Assembly: GCA_973895155.1 (NCBI GenBank)
Contig: OZ316891.1
Location: 7,935,775 to 7,999,774 of the forward strand
DNA length: 64,000 bases
Direction: 5' to 3'
Source of the DNA: Marsupella aquatica
Lineage: Eukaryota > Plantae > Marchantiophyta
Shown here: positions 1 to 11,200 of the stretch, piece by piece
How the letters are laid out: each line of letters opens with the position of its first letter
Numbering within the stretch: the stretch's first letter is position 1
The notes under the pieces: model-generated
The model's database searches: none
What the model saw: the letters and a program-made list of their open reading frames with translations, nothing else
What the model was told of the DNA's origin: nothing
Position numbers and translations under genes: made by a program

Positions 1-335
1 CTGTAGGGACAGTGGTGACTGGAGCTTGTGTTGTTCTGCCCATGCGTGAAAAGGCAGACTTAGAGGAACATGTGGAACGCATGCGCAGGTTGCACATTTG
101 GACCACACTATTTCTTTGCTTGTCTGTGGTGTTTGTACTAGGGGCCTTTATTGCAGCCGGGTTTGCATCTCTTCCGACTGAGCTGGAGTACCAATGGGTC
201 ATGATTTCGACTACCGGGGTGGGGGGATCTGTAACCATATGTGCTTTGTTCTACTATTTGTGTCGAGTGGTCATACTCATCAAATGGATATGGAGGCGTA
301 ACACTTCCAAAGGATCCGCCAAGGACGAACACTAG
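1..335 (+). CDS. 3' end of a multi-pass membrane protein, probably PGG-domain / ankyrin-TM (ACD6-like) family; 5' part lies outside the window
   Basis: The frame is open from position 3 to TAG at 335. It has two hydrophobic helices (LFLCLSVVFVLGAFIAAGFASLP; VMISTTGVGGSVTICALFYYL) resembling the C-terminus of bryophyte PGG-domain proteins. The family call is from recalled similarity, not a search. Confidence 0.55.
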   Translation, partial: VGTVVTGACVVLPMREKADLEEHVERMRRLHIWTTLFLCLSVVFVLGAFIAAGFASLPTELEYQWVMISTTGVGGSVTICALFYYLCRVVILIKWIWRRNTSKGSAKDEH

Positions 336-1875
336 ATCAGTTTTTCGTATCTCTTTCTGTAAAACTATTTTCTGAAGCAAAATCTCATGATTTCGCCCTT
401 GGGAGTCCTCTTGGGACTTTAGAAGAGACTGTACTTCTAGTGTTCCCTTGTACAAACTTGCGATTGCCTAGGCCAGAGGCATGGGTAGAGGTTGCTGTAA
501 GTTCAACAGTCTCATGGGTCTTGGTGTGATTCTTATTCTCAATCAGTCACTTCGATCAAGCTCACGACTGCCACGAATATTAATATGTTGTGGCATTACT
601 CGTGAATCTGGGCACTACACTAGAGGACATTAAGCTTTCTTTAGTTTGGTGGTGGGTTGCTAATTATTCTGTCTTTGATTAGTTGTACGAGCTGAAAACT
701 CAAGGTTCCTAATTTTATTAAGTGTAAATCGAACGTTCTCTAGTTTTTTCCAAAGGGATTTTCTGGTCGATCTCGTGACGAGCGTACCATGACAGTACTC
801 AAATCTACATGTAGTTTTCATGTCAAATGTTGAAATCGATTTAGGAGTTGTCCGGACCTCCTTTATTTACATGAGATGTACACTTTTTGTACTTAAGCCG
901 CTGTTGGGCCTTTCCTTTGTTTTGCTTTGGAAAATGGACGCGGCGATAGTGAGCGGATCCCAACGACTTTACTAGAGAATCAGTACTCTTGCAATGACAA
1001 GCCTAATCGAGATCGTCGACCATGAATCACTCTGTCATTTTTGCAGACACCACAATCTTGTGTTAGTTTCGAAGAGCTCAAGAAGATTAGTTGCAGTATC
1101 GTCGATGCCCGTTTTTTCTTGAACGCTGATGAGAGACGTAAGGGCGCTAGGTTAGACAAACGGACATCATTGACTAACTTTGTAGACAGCTATAACATTC
1201 TGTAGATTCCTAGAAGATTTGTTATCAGTGGTACTGACATTTTTCTTTTGCATTGAGTTCAATTCTGTGAGCTTCACGCCTACTACAGTAGCGTGTGATC
1301 GAGTTGAACATATTCCAATCTATCGGATATATATGGTAAGGGAGAGTAATCAGAATCTTCTTGTCTTGAATGGACGAGCCACTATATTTATTTCTTACTA
1401 AGGCCTTGAACTTTAGTAATCTTCAACACGGACGTAATGATTAAGTATTCTTCGGCCGGTTCCATAAGTTTTGTAACCTGATGATTTCGAGCCATAGGTG
1501 ACATTTGTATCTGGACTTTGGAAAGCTGTGTATGATTCTGTCAGAAGATGTTTGTGGGTCTACCTAATTCTGGCTTGATGAAAATTCCTTCTATTGCACT
1601 ACATTTTGAGCCACTTTATAGATAAAAGAAAAATTCAGACAAGATTGATCAGTACCACACTTCCCTCTGCATCTAACTATTTAGAGCACGCATGCGTCCT
1701 ACTTGTGCTTTTGCGATGAGACATTTGTCTTCTAGGGACAATGTTGTTTTCCAGCTAGCCTTCCTCGAATAAAGGTGATTGAACATCTTTATGAAACGGT
1801 ACGAATGCATGGGTTGAATGGTTTTTCATGACGTTATTATGACTTTTACTAGCCCAATGCCCGTGCGTTGCACGA

Positions 1876-2316
1876 AAGATGTCGCGGTGATAAAAGATCT
1901 CGAGGAGAGAAAAAGATACCGAAGTGATAAAAGATGTCGAGGAGAGAAAAGATGTTGAGGTGAGCAAAAGATGTCGAGGTGATAGAAGATGTCGAGGAGA
2001 GAAAATATGTCAAGGTGATAAAAGATGTCAAGGAGAGAAAAGATGTCGAGGTGAGGAAAAGATTTGAGGTGATAAAAGAAGTCGAGGAGAGAAAAAGATG
2101 TCAAAGAAAAAAAAGATGTCCAAGTGAAAAACATATGTTCAGGAGAGAAAAGATGTTGAGGAGAGAAATAGATGGTGAGATGAAAAAAAAATTGAGGGGA
2201 GAAAATATGTCTAGGTGAACAAAAGATGTTGAGGAGAAAAAAGTGTGCAAAGGAGAGAAAAAGATTTTGAGCAGAAAAAACTGTAAAGTAAAGCAACAGA
2301 TTTTGAGGTGAGAAAA
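1876..2316. repeat. Minisatellite array 1 inside the Helitron, ~19-20 bp unit (GATGTYGAGGWGAKAAAA)
   Basis: Visible degenerate tandem copies such as gatgtcgaggagagaaaa, gatgttgaggtgagcaaaa and gatgtcaaggagagaaaa. Confidence 0.9.
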
Positions 2317-2571
2317 TAAACTTGACACTTTTTCCACCCTTACTTGCGACCGGAAGGGCAAGATGAAGCCTCTCCCTCCCTCTTTTCCCATCCATGTGCC
2401 CCCCTTTCTCCTTGCCTCTCCCCCTCTTTGTTTTGCTTCCAAGGTTTTCTTTGGGACGATAAAAGTCAAATTTTGTAAGACAATTGCAGTGAAAAACCAT
2501 AGTAATATTGTCATAGTTTATGGGTGTGAAAGTCTCATTATTTTGGCAGAATATATATACAAATAGCCCAG

Positions 2572-3112
2572 AAGATGTTGAGGTGAGAAAAAGACATTGA
2601 GGTGAGGAAAAGATATCGAGGAGATAAAAAGATGTTGAGATGAGAAAATGATGTTGAGGTGAGAAAAAGATGTCGAGGAGAGAAAAAGATGTTTAGGTGA
2701 GAAAAACATTAATGAGAGAAAAAATGTCAAGGTGAGAAAATGATATTAAGGTGAGGAAATCATGTCCATGAGAGAAAAAATGTGAAAATGAGAATATGAT
2801 GCTGAGGTGAGGAAAAGATGTCAAAGAGAAAATATGTCAAGAAGAAATATATCAAGGTGAGAAAAGGATGTTGAGATGATAAAAGATGTTGAGGAGAGAA
2901 AAGGTGTAAAGGAGAGGAAAGATATTGAGGTGAAAAAAAGATGTCAATGTGAGATTGAAAAGAACATTGAGGTGAGGTAAATATGTCAAGGAGGGAAAAC
3001 ATGTCAATATGATAAAAAGTCGTTGAGGAGATAAAAAGATGTCAAGATGAGAAAAAATATGTCAAGGCAAGAAAATTTGTCAAGTCGAGGCAAAGATATT
3101 GAGGCAAAGTAT
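2572..3112. repeat. Minisatellite array 2 inside the Helitron, same ~19-20 bp unit
   Basis: Same unit as 1876-2316 (gatgttgaggtgagaaaaa), more degenerate, and separated from array 1 by ~250 bp of unique sequence. Confidence 0.9.
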
Positions 3113-5438
3113 GTCCCAAGGTGCTATTGTGAAAGCAATGTTGTGGAGAGGGTGAGAGCATGGGAGGGAACGCAAGACGGGGCGACGGCTAGGGTGTTAC
3201 GGGGTCAAGTGTGGTTGCCCTCAGCTATATGGAGGGAGAGAAATTCATGTTTTTTCCTTTTTTTTCTTCAATCTCCTCTTCCGTGCCCTTCCATTCTCTC
3301 CTTTCAGTCTCCCATCCTGGCTCTTTGGCAGCCTCCCTCCCCCTTTCCAACATGATTAAGAAAGAGAAGAAGAAACAACATGGAGCAAAAGATAAATGAT
3401 CTTTCAGAAAAATGAAAATGAAAAAGATGAGCACAAAAAGGCGGGACTGTATATTATAGTGAGTAGATGGATGGATATGGATTTAGGTTTGTACAGAGCT
3501 TATAAAAAATCGCAGGCCCTGCATGAAAATGGAGCTGCTGGACCCCACAAAATCCAATATTAAAAGGATAAAAATGTAGCGTAAGGGCTAGGTTCCATGG
3601 GACTGGGAGTGTTTTGCTTTCCCTGGGAGACTAGCTCACATTCAGTACTCTTGAAAATTGTCTCTGTGGTTTTCAGTCAGTTCTTTGAAGCAAAGGGGAT
3701 TCTTTGCTGATAATCTTTTAATTGATGGGTCTTTTGTACAGTTTACTCTCCTGGTCTATCTCAGATTTTGAATTATATGGCTTGCAGCTTTTGATCCTCT
3801 ACCTGAGAGTAAGTAGGTAGTCTATACAATACATGTAACATTCCATATAGTTGATGCAAAATAGTTTAAAGGTCTTAGATTCCTTTGTATTTCTCTACCC
3901 ATAGTAGTTATGGTGTTTTTTCCCTTTGCTTGTTATTCCTCTATCCATAGTACCAAATGGTTTCTTAAGTTACCTTGGTAAATGTTAGTAAGAGAAGATG
4001 AAAATTTTCTTGGGTTTCTGATGTTACTTTGGTAAATGTTAGAGTAGAAGCCGGAGTTGAAGGTTTTCTTTCTACTTGTCACTATTTCAAAATGTGTAAA
4101 TTAAATAGAAAACTGGGACAGATTACCAGAAACTTATCCAAAGATAATTTTCTTTCACCCCTAGTTTACCCTTTTCTTTGTTTACTTGAAATGTTACTTT
4201 TCAATTTTCCATTGTTTTTACAATAATTACATAATTGGTCTAATTGTTTTTCTTTCCCTTGGCTCAAACACAAATAGTCAAATTTGGTTCTTCTTGCATA
4301 ACTAACAATTCTAAGTGTTTGTGACAAATCATGCTAATGTGACTGCACGTGCATCCAAGGATTTTGGAAGGAACTTCCCATGGGGGCCGGGTCCGTAATG
4401 ATTTTGTTAATTGTATTGGCAGTTTTAGTATATCGGTCCCAATAATGACCTCTATCAGTGTAAAGTAAACGTTTTACTTTGCTTAGTACCCCCTTGTAGT
4501 TACAACACTGTCTTAAGCAATATTCTGGCAATGAGGCATTTGGTATCAGTATATCTATGAGAAATATGAAAGCTGGCTAACTTAGCAATCTAGATGATCC
4601 TTCACTTCGGTCCTTGACATATTTTGTTATAAACTCCTAATTATGCTTGTAGTTTTTGGTTGCCTCCTACTTTCTTCCAACAACAATGTTTAATTAGTTT
4701 CTTCTTGGATCCTCATCCTAGCTTTGATTAGGAGATTGAAACTGTCCAACCTGCAAGCCAGTTGGTTATTTGTATCTGGCTGACTTTTGTATATTTGTCC
4801 TGTATATTCCCTACCCTACCCGCCCTGGGATATAGGACCAATTTTTGGGATCCCACTACTATTGATTTCACTTCATTAGGGAAAAAAATTATATTGCTCT
4901 CTCTTTGTGGACCAACCTCCACGCCTGCCCAGTCTGCCAGCTAAGGGACTAGATCATGCAACCCAGGGATGTCAGCTAATGGCCAGGATAGGCTAGGGTA
5001 GATGATCAAAAGACACGGGCAAGAAGAGAATTTTGAACTTATTAGGGATTGAAGATTCAAGGAAAATGTGAGGTTGGGAAGGTACAAAATACAGCTGAAG
5101 GGGAGGTTACTTGAGGCAAGCTAGTAGGGGGTTTCAAAACTCAAAATTTGATGGGCCTTAGCTCAGTAGTAAAGGTCAAATACAGTATAAATTATGGACT
5201 ACCAAATTCATAATACATAACTTTTTGCTATAAAGATTGGTCATATGCCACATGTGACATAAGTCACTGTAGAGGCTAGAGAACCAAAACAAAATTTTAC
5301 ATAACCCGGTCATTTGTTTATGGCCAAAAGCCATATCCACAATGATGAAGCTTTATTGCTCTAATGGCTTTGTTTAGTCTTCATGGGACCAGAGACTTTT
5401 GGTCAAGGCCTGGTCTTGAAACAAATATATACTTCACT

Positions 5439-5441
<3 letters not shown>

Positions 5442-5488
<47 letters not shown>
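5442..5488. repeat. (AG)n microsatellite, ~23 units
   Basis: Uninterrupted agagag run. Confidence 0.97.
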
Positions 5489-5491
<3 letters not shown>

Positions 5492-6180
5492 TAAAACTCA
5501 ACTGAGGTACCTCAAATGTATGTTTGAACAGGTATGCTATGAGAAAATCGGGTTGCCAGGACTTCAGGCAGTGGACGCGGGTGAGAGGGGGGAGAAGTGA
5601 GGGCAGGGCAAGAGGGTCAGGACAACTTGCTCCCTCCCGTACTTCCCGTTGAAGGCTTGGATTGTGCTTCGTTCTCTACAATATGCCTACAAAAAAATTC
5701 TGCTGCTGCAATTGTTTCAATATATGGAGAGAGTGCCACTGTTCCATCTAGTACTGGACAGAGCACAGCTGCTCGATCATCGCATGCACCCTAAACTGAA
5801 ATGTCTCAACTTGAAGCATTTGAAATTGCCCTAAATTTCACTTAGAGCGCAGCTTTGATCACCCCGCAGTAAGTTCCATATCCCCGACGTGTCAACATTG
5901 AGTCGCGTTATTATCTCCTTACAATGCAGCTTCGATCAGCTTCAACCTTTTCACTCTAATCATAACCTCGATCAGCGCAGCACTCCATGCACACAGTGTC
6001 CCGCGCAGAGTAAGCGAATGTGTTTTCATTCTATCCCAAGGGGCCCAATGTTTTTCTTGGGAGAACCTTCGCCTCCCTACCAGTGAGCCCCAGCTAGTGT
6101 TGAAGGGACAATATTGGGAGGGACCCCAAATACGTACATTTAAGGTCCCACCAAGCCATTTTAGACTTAGTGGGTCTGGT

Positions 6181-6298
6181 TGAGTAGGTCTTTTTGTTTG
6201 AGGTCGCACCAAGCAAATATCTCAACATTTTAGCATGTTTGAGTAGGTCTTTTTGTTTGAGGTCGCACCAAGCAAATATCTCAACATTTTAGCATGTT
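6181..6298. repeat. Perfect 59-bp tandem duplication
   Basis: tgagtaggtctttttgtttgaggtcgcaccaagcaaatatctcaacattttagcatgtt occurs at 6181-6239 and again at 6240-6298. Confidence 0.95.
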
Positions 6299-6586
6299 CC
6301 CACAGTTAGCAAGCAAAAGGTCTGGGGTGAAAAATCCTTCGGAGCTACCAGCTAGAGGGAACGTAAACACATGCGCAGAATATTGTCCCTCGGTTACTAA
6401 CGCACTGCACCCTCAGTCTACGGGAGCAGCAGATCGAACGCGCATACGCTGTACTCTACAAGAGTTTGCGGCATGGGGGCGGCCGATTTCGGCTTGTTTG
6501 CGGCATGGAAGTGACCGAATGAAAGACGTCCACCGCATCTTTACGGCAGCGGCGAGGCGGGCTACAAGAACCCCGGCATGCACCTC

Positions 6587-6605
6587 TGCATGCATGCATG
6601 CATGG
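6587..6605. promoter_or_regulatory. RY-repeat cluster (CATGCATGCATGCATG) in the GC-rich region upstream of the ABCG gene
   Basis: tgcatgcatgcatgcatgg, with another CATGCA at ~6577. CATGCA is the established RY element bound by LAV/ABI3-type B3 factors. Function here is inferred only. Confidence 0.35.
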
Positions 6606-8242
6606 CGCGTCCTTCTTGCCGTGGATACGTCGTCGCTCGCCGCCGTAAGTTACGCTCCGGCAGAGTGACCCGGAAAGTCCGAGTCCCTGGAGAGCCAACG
6701 GATGACCATCGGACGGCCCAGGCTGCGAGCCGGCAAGAAGAGTTACAGTTTGGTACAGCCCCTGTATTCCTGCAACCGTCTGTAGGGCGCTGAGTCGTAG
6801 GATCTGACCGGTGGTTGTGAGTGCGCCCCGGTCAGCCGACGGGACCTCAGAAAGAAGCCTTTGAGCGAACGAGACGGCTGAAACAATTTTGTGTCACTCC
6901 TGGATGAGCGTCCGGAATTGCAAAAGGAATGCGAGGAACGCGAACAGGACCTGCGATCGAGAGGACGAGTAGGAGGATGGACATTGCCATTTTGCAGTAG
7001 CCTTTAGCAGCCGGATCGATCAATTCTGGAGCGCGGGATTGATCGCAGTCCTCAAGAGAGTACGACTCGCGCGAGGCTCGAATCATTCTCCAACGAGGAT
7101 TGATTTCTGGTCCCGATTTCAACGAAACGGACGAGAGCGGGGGTGGTCCTGGTTTGGTCAAGATCTTTGGTGGCATATGTTGGTGAATTGTACGAGCGAG
7201 ACGAGTTGCGAACGAACGAACCAACTGACCATATATGCACGGACATACGCGGGTAGAAATGTCGTCGAACAGCTGAGCCCGAAATTCAATCCGGTTGTTG
7301 TGGAGAAGAATCGCTGATTGACAGCGACCAGTGGTCAGGAATTCACGATGGTGAGATTTGAAATGGCTGAGAGTACCAACGAGTCAGATAGGCATTCCAA
7401 CTTGTACCGCTTGGTAAAGAGCATACTAGTTCAATCGAATCGTGGCTATACAATGAAACACTCAGGATTTCCTGTGAGCTACAATATACGTACGCGACAA
7501 TTGCACAAATTGGCAAAAGGATTATGCTCATAAATCCGGAGAATCTCGAGAACCTGAGTTTTGTACTCCCTCAAAATTCTTCAATTCTTGGAGTTGTTCC
7601 CGTCTTAGATTCATTTTTCAGCCGGATAAATCATACGGATTTCTCGGAACAGATTCATGAACATTTAAAGGAATATACTCGCTTCTCTGCTGTTCATTTT
7701 AACTCGGAACCCACGCGCCTCAAGGGGGCTTTCTGTTAATATGATCGATGTCCATTTGGTTGGCAGGTGTTTTGGAACGCGAAGCGATCAATTCACCCTG
7801 ACATGAGTTTTGAAACTGGACCAACGGCACTGTCACCATCAATCGTAGGACGGCCGTGGAGTTCTCTCTCTGTTGGTGAATGCAATGAGAATGGAATGAA
7901 AACCAACCAATACTAAACATGATAAAGAATTTACTTTCATCTTGAAATATACATATACAGAAAAATGGTGGTTGAGAATCCTCCAGTCGCGCCCACTTCT
8001 CAGGGATCGAAACTCTTGGGATGTATAGTTTTGGCTCGTTGAAACAATATCTTCAACCTTAATAGCTTCACACTTGATGCATCATTCTGGTCAATTAAAC
8101 ACGTCCCTAAAAGTCTACACTCTTCACTTCATGGATCTGCATCTTGAGCAGCTGTGAACCAAAGGAATTCATCATCATTGGCCGCACCATCTGTGAAGGA
8201 ACATAGGGACTCGCTTAGTACTAGAAACTGAGTAGTTTGGTC

Positions 8243-11200
8243 ATGGAGGACCACGAACAGTCTTCTACGCGTCAGGCTGGGGCGATGCGTTCACCAGCTG
8301 GTGAGAGGAGAGACGAGCACGAAGATTTACTGGAATTAGGGACCGCTTTAGCTTTTATGCATCCTCGCTCAGCTCAGATGGCCAGCCACTGCGACTTTGA
8401 AACCGAGATCTCCCCCGGGGACGCATGTCCGGCATCTGAGCACGCTGCGTCAGGATCTGAAGTCGAAGGGACGACAAATATTGGCAGTCTGGTCTCGCCT
8501 TTGCGATCGCAGCCTATGCAGGTGAAAGACCCGGCGCCTAAAACTGGGTTCCTGACTCCCAAAGGTGGGCATTTGCAACCTGGAGCCACGGTAGATTCTG
8601 ACACAGCTATTCAGCTGCAGAAGATCAGAGACCTGAGTAGTGCTCCGGGAACTCCAACTAGCAAACCAACGACTGCTTCTAGTATGCTTTTTCCTGGTCA
8701 CCAGACTGTCGACATCAACGACTTCAAGGAGACGATCAGGGACAATCAGTCCGTGACCGAAGGCTGCATGATTTCAAATGATATCAGGAAACAGCCGCTG
8801 CTTGTCTTGGAATTTCATAACCTCACCTACACAGTGAAACAGAAGAACGACTTACCGCAGAAGACGAGTCTTGAGGCGGTCCCAGTTCTCGACCGGCTCA
8901 GTTCTCATGAGTCGGCGTCCTTAATGTTACGCCCTGGAGGATTGGCACCTCAATCACCGCCGCCAGCGACTGGAAGCTGCTCCCGTGTGAGCCTCTTGGA
9001 TCAGATCTCTGGAGAGGCACGGGACGGGGAGATTTTGGCAGTGATGGGCCCAAGCGGTTCTGGGAAGTCTACGTTGATCGATGCGCTCGCTCAGAGAATC
9101 GTCCCGGAGAGTCTGGCAGGGAACATCACTCTGAACGGAGAGCAGGTATTCAATGTCTTTAGTTACCCATCATTATGTGAAGGTTCTAGCTCGACGTACA
9201 GTCAACATTGCCGTTGACGTATGCGGCGAAAATCATTGTCCAAGTGCACAAAAGATTTAGCTCTCAGGAAACTTACAACAAGGTTTAATTAACTACCACA
9301 GATATTTATCCAGGGGGATTAATTTGTACTTTGCTTTCTCGGGTTGATCGATGTTTTTGGATGTTCGTCCGTTTTGTTAGAATTTGCAGTTCAGTGTAGT
9401 TGAGAATGCAATGTTTCGGCCAACACCTGCAATGCTTTTGATAGTCCCTAATCAATCGTCCATTTCGTAACGACGTGAAATCGCTGGTGCTTGCAACATA
9501 GTCAGCTCTAACTCTCAAATTCCATAGGATCCTCACAATGACCTTGGTTCTCCATATACCCATTTATATATATGTCGAGCTTGCCAATCCCTGCTTACGG
9601 TTTAATTAAGATCCTCAAAGGACTCTGCCAGTCTAGTGACAAATAACTCCTGAAAAGACCTGGGCTGACAAGTCATTACTTGATCACGAAGTTCAAGTGA
9701 ACATGATTAGCTACATATTCTACGGTGATTTCCAACGTTACAACGAAGTGGACAACGTAACTTGGGAATGTTGCTCATGACTACTGAATGTCTGCGCATT
9801 TACCATATTCAAAACGTTTTCATGATTGTAACATATTAAGCGCGTTCTGTGCAATCCCTAGATTTAAATTAAGTTGACATAACCATTTCAGGTCGTGCGG
9901 CTTCTTTCAATACGGTCGGACTCCTCTCTCTCATGGCTCACTGGCTAGTCTGGAGTCATACAGGTTACACATGGAAGATAAATCTTACCTTACTGACCAA
10001 GGACTAGACTCGATTGCCAAGGTGGTAAGGAAATCAAGTTAAGCTCAAGGTTAAGATACTTGACTGAAATTGGAGATCATCAACTACTGTACAGAGAATT
10101 GAATTGCTTGTTCAGGGAAGTGTCAATGCCAGGCGGCATGCTCATTGAATAGTTTCAATGCGCAAATCCTGATATTTGAAATACTCGTGACTTCAAATGC
10201 ATAATTACAAGCGGACGACAAGTAGAAAGGCTCTGCTTGAGGTTCTCGGGACTTGACAGTGGAGAGGCGCCAGAGTCTCTGCACTTTCAGAAGTCTGCTG
10301 ATCATGGCTCTTCGATCAGACACTTTCTGTAGTCTACTGATCTGGATTTTAGACATTTGTACGTTTTTGGAATTGGACAGTTGCGTGCTCACGTTCAGTG
10401 TGCAATCTTATCTATCGATTTCTGGATATGCAACGATGACGAAGAGCATGTGGATCCCGACGTGGATATGCAACGATGTTACATGGCAATATATACGTTG
10501 CCCTTGCAGAATTCTAGACTACAATGTTCAGATCCTGACCAAGATGTTCGTGGTGTGCATTTATAAGTGCAGGTGTCCAACAGTCTGTTAAGGAGCATAA
10601 GCGCATATGTGATGCAAGATGATCTTCTATTTCCCATGCTCACAGTCGAAGAGACATTGATGTTTGCAGCAGAAGTGCGCCTGCCCAACAGCTCACACTC
10701 CACGGACCGCAAGAAGGGGCGAGTGAACCAGCTGCTCCATCAGCTGGGGCTGCACCGCGTAGCCAACACGCTCATCGGCGATGAAGGCCACCGGGGGGTA
10801 TCTGGGGGGGAGAGGCGCAGGGTTTCCATCGGCATCGACATCATTCATGACCCCCTTCTCCTCTTCCTCGATGAGCCCACCAGTGGGCTCGATTCGACGA
10901 GCGCATACCTGGTCATTCGAACGTTGCAAAAGATAGCTCAGACTGGCAGCATCGTCATTTTGTCGATCCACCAGCCCAGTTACCGCATATTAGGCCTCCT
11001 CGACAGAATCATGATTCTCGCATTCGGCCAGAAAATCTATGGCGGGACCCCTGCTGACTTGAATTCGTTCTTTGAAGCGTTTGGCCGGCCGGTACCTGAA
11101 CATGAGAACAGCACGGAGCATGCTCTAGATCTCATCCAGGAGCTACAGACGTCTTCCACCGGGATCAAGCCACTAGTGCAGTTCTCCAAGACATGGTCAA

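Larger units (their letters stand above)
1849..3467 (-). mobile_element. Non-autonomous Helitron (~1.6 kb) with both termini
   Basis: On the - strand the 5' end reads A|TCTACTCACTATAATATAC (T at 3467). The 3' end reads CGTGCAACGCACGGGCATTGGG-CTAG|T (CTAG at 1849-1852). This gives the canonical plant Helitron hairpin plus CTAG, insertion between A and T, and no TSD. There is no coding capacity inside. Confidence 0.85.

Noticed and set aside
1876-3112. Regularly spaced repeats that could be mistaken for a CRISPR array
   Set aside because: The units are contiguous and degenerate with no unique spacers; there are no cas genes and the context is eukaryotic.
1755-3434. Many F/L/S/H-rich and K/E/R-rich ORFs up to 224 aa
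   Set aside because: They are translations of the Helitron minisatellite and are low complexity on both strands.
5153-5176. tRNA-like 5' string GGGCCTTAGCTCAGTAGTAAAGG
   Set aside because: No anticodon arm, T-arm (GTTC) or acceptor-stem complement follows. At most it is a tiny relic or chance match.
6294-7739. Cluster of 60-125 aa ORFs upstream of ABCG
   Set aside because: They lie in a GC-rich promoter/leader with no recognisable motifs and overlap in several frames.
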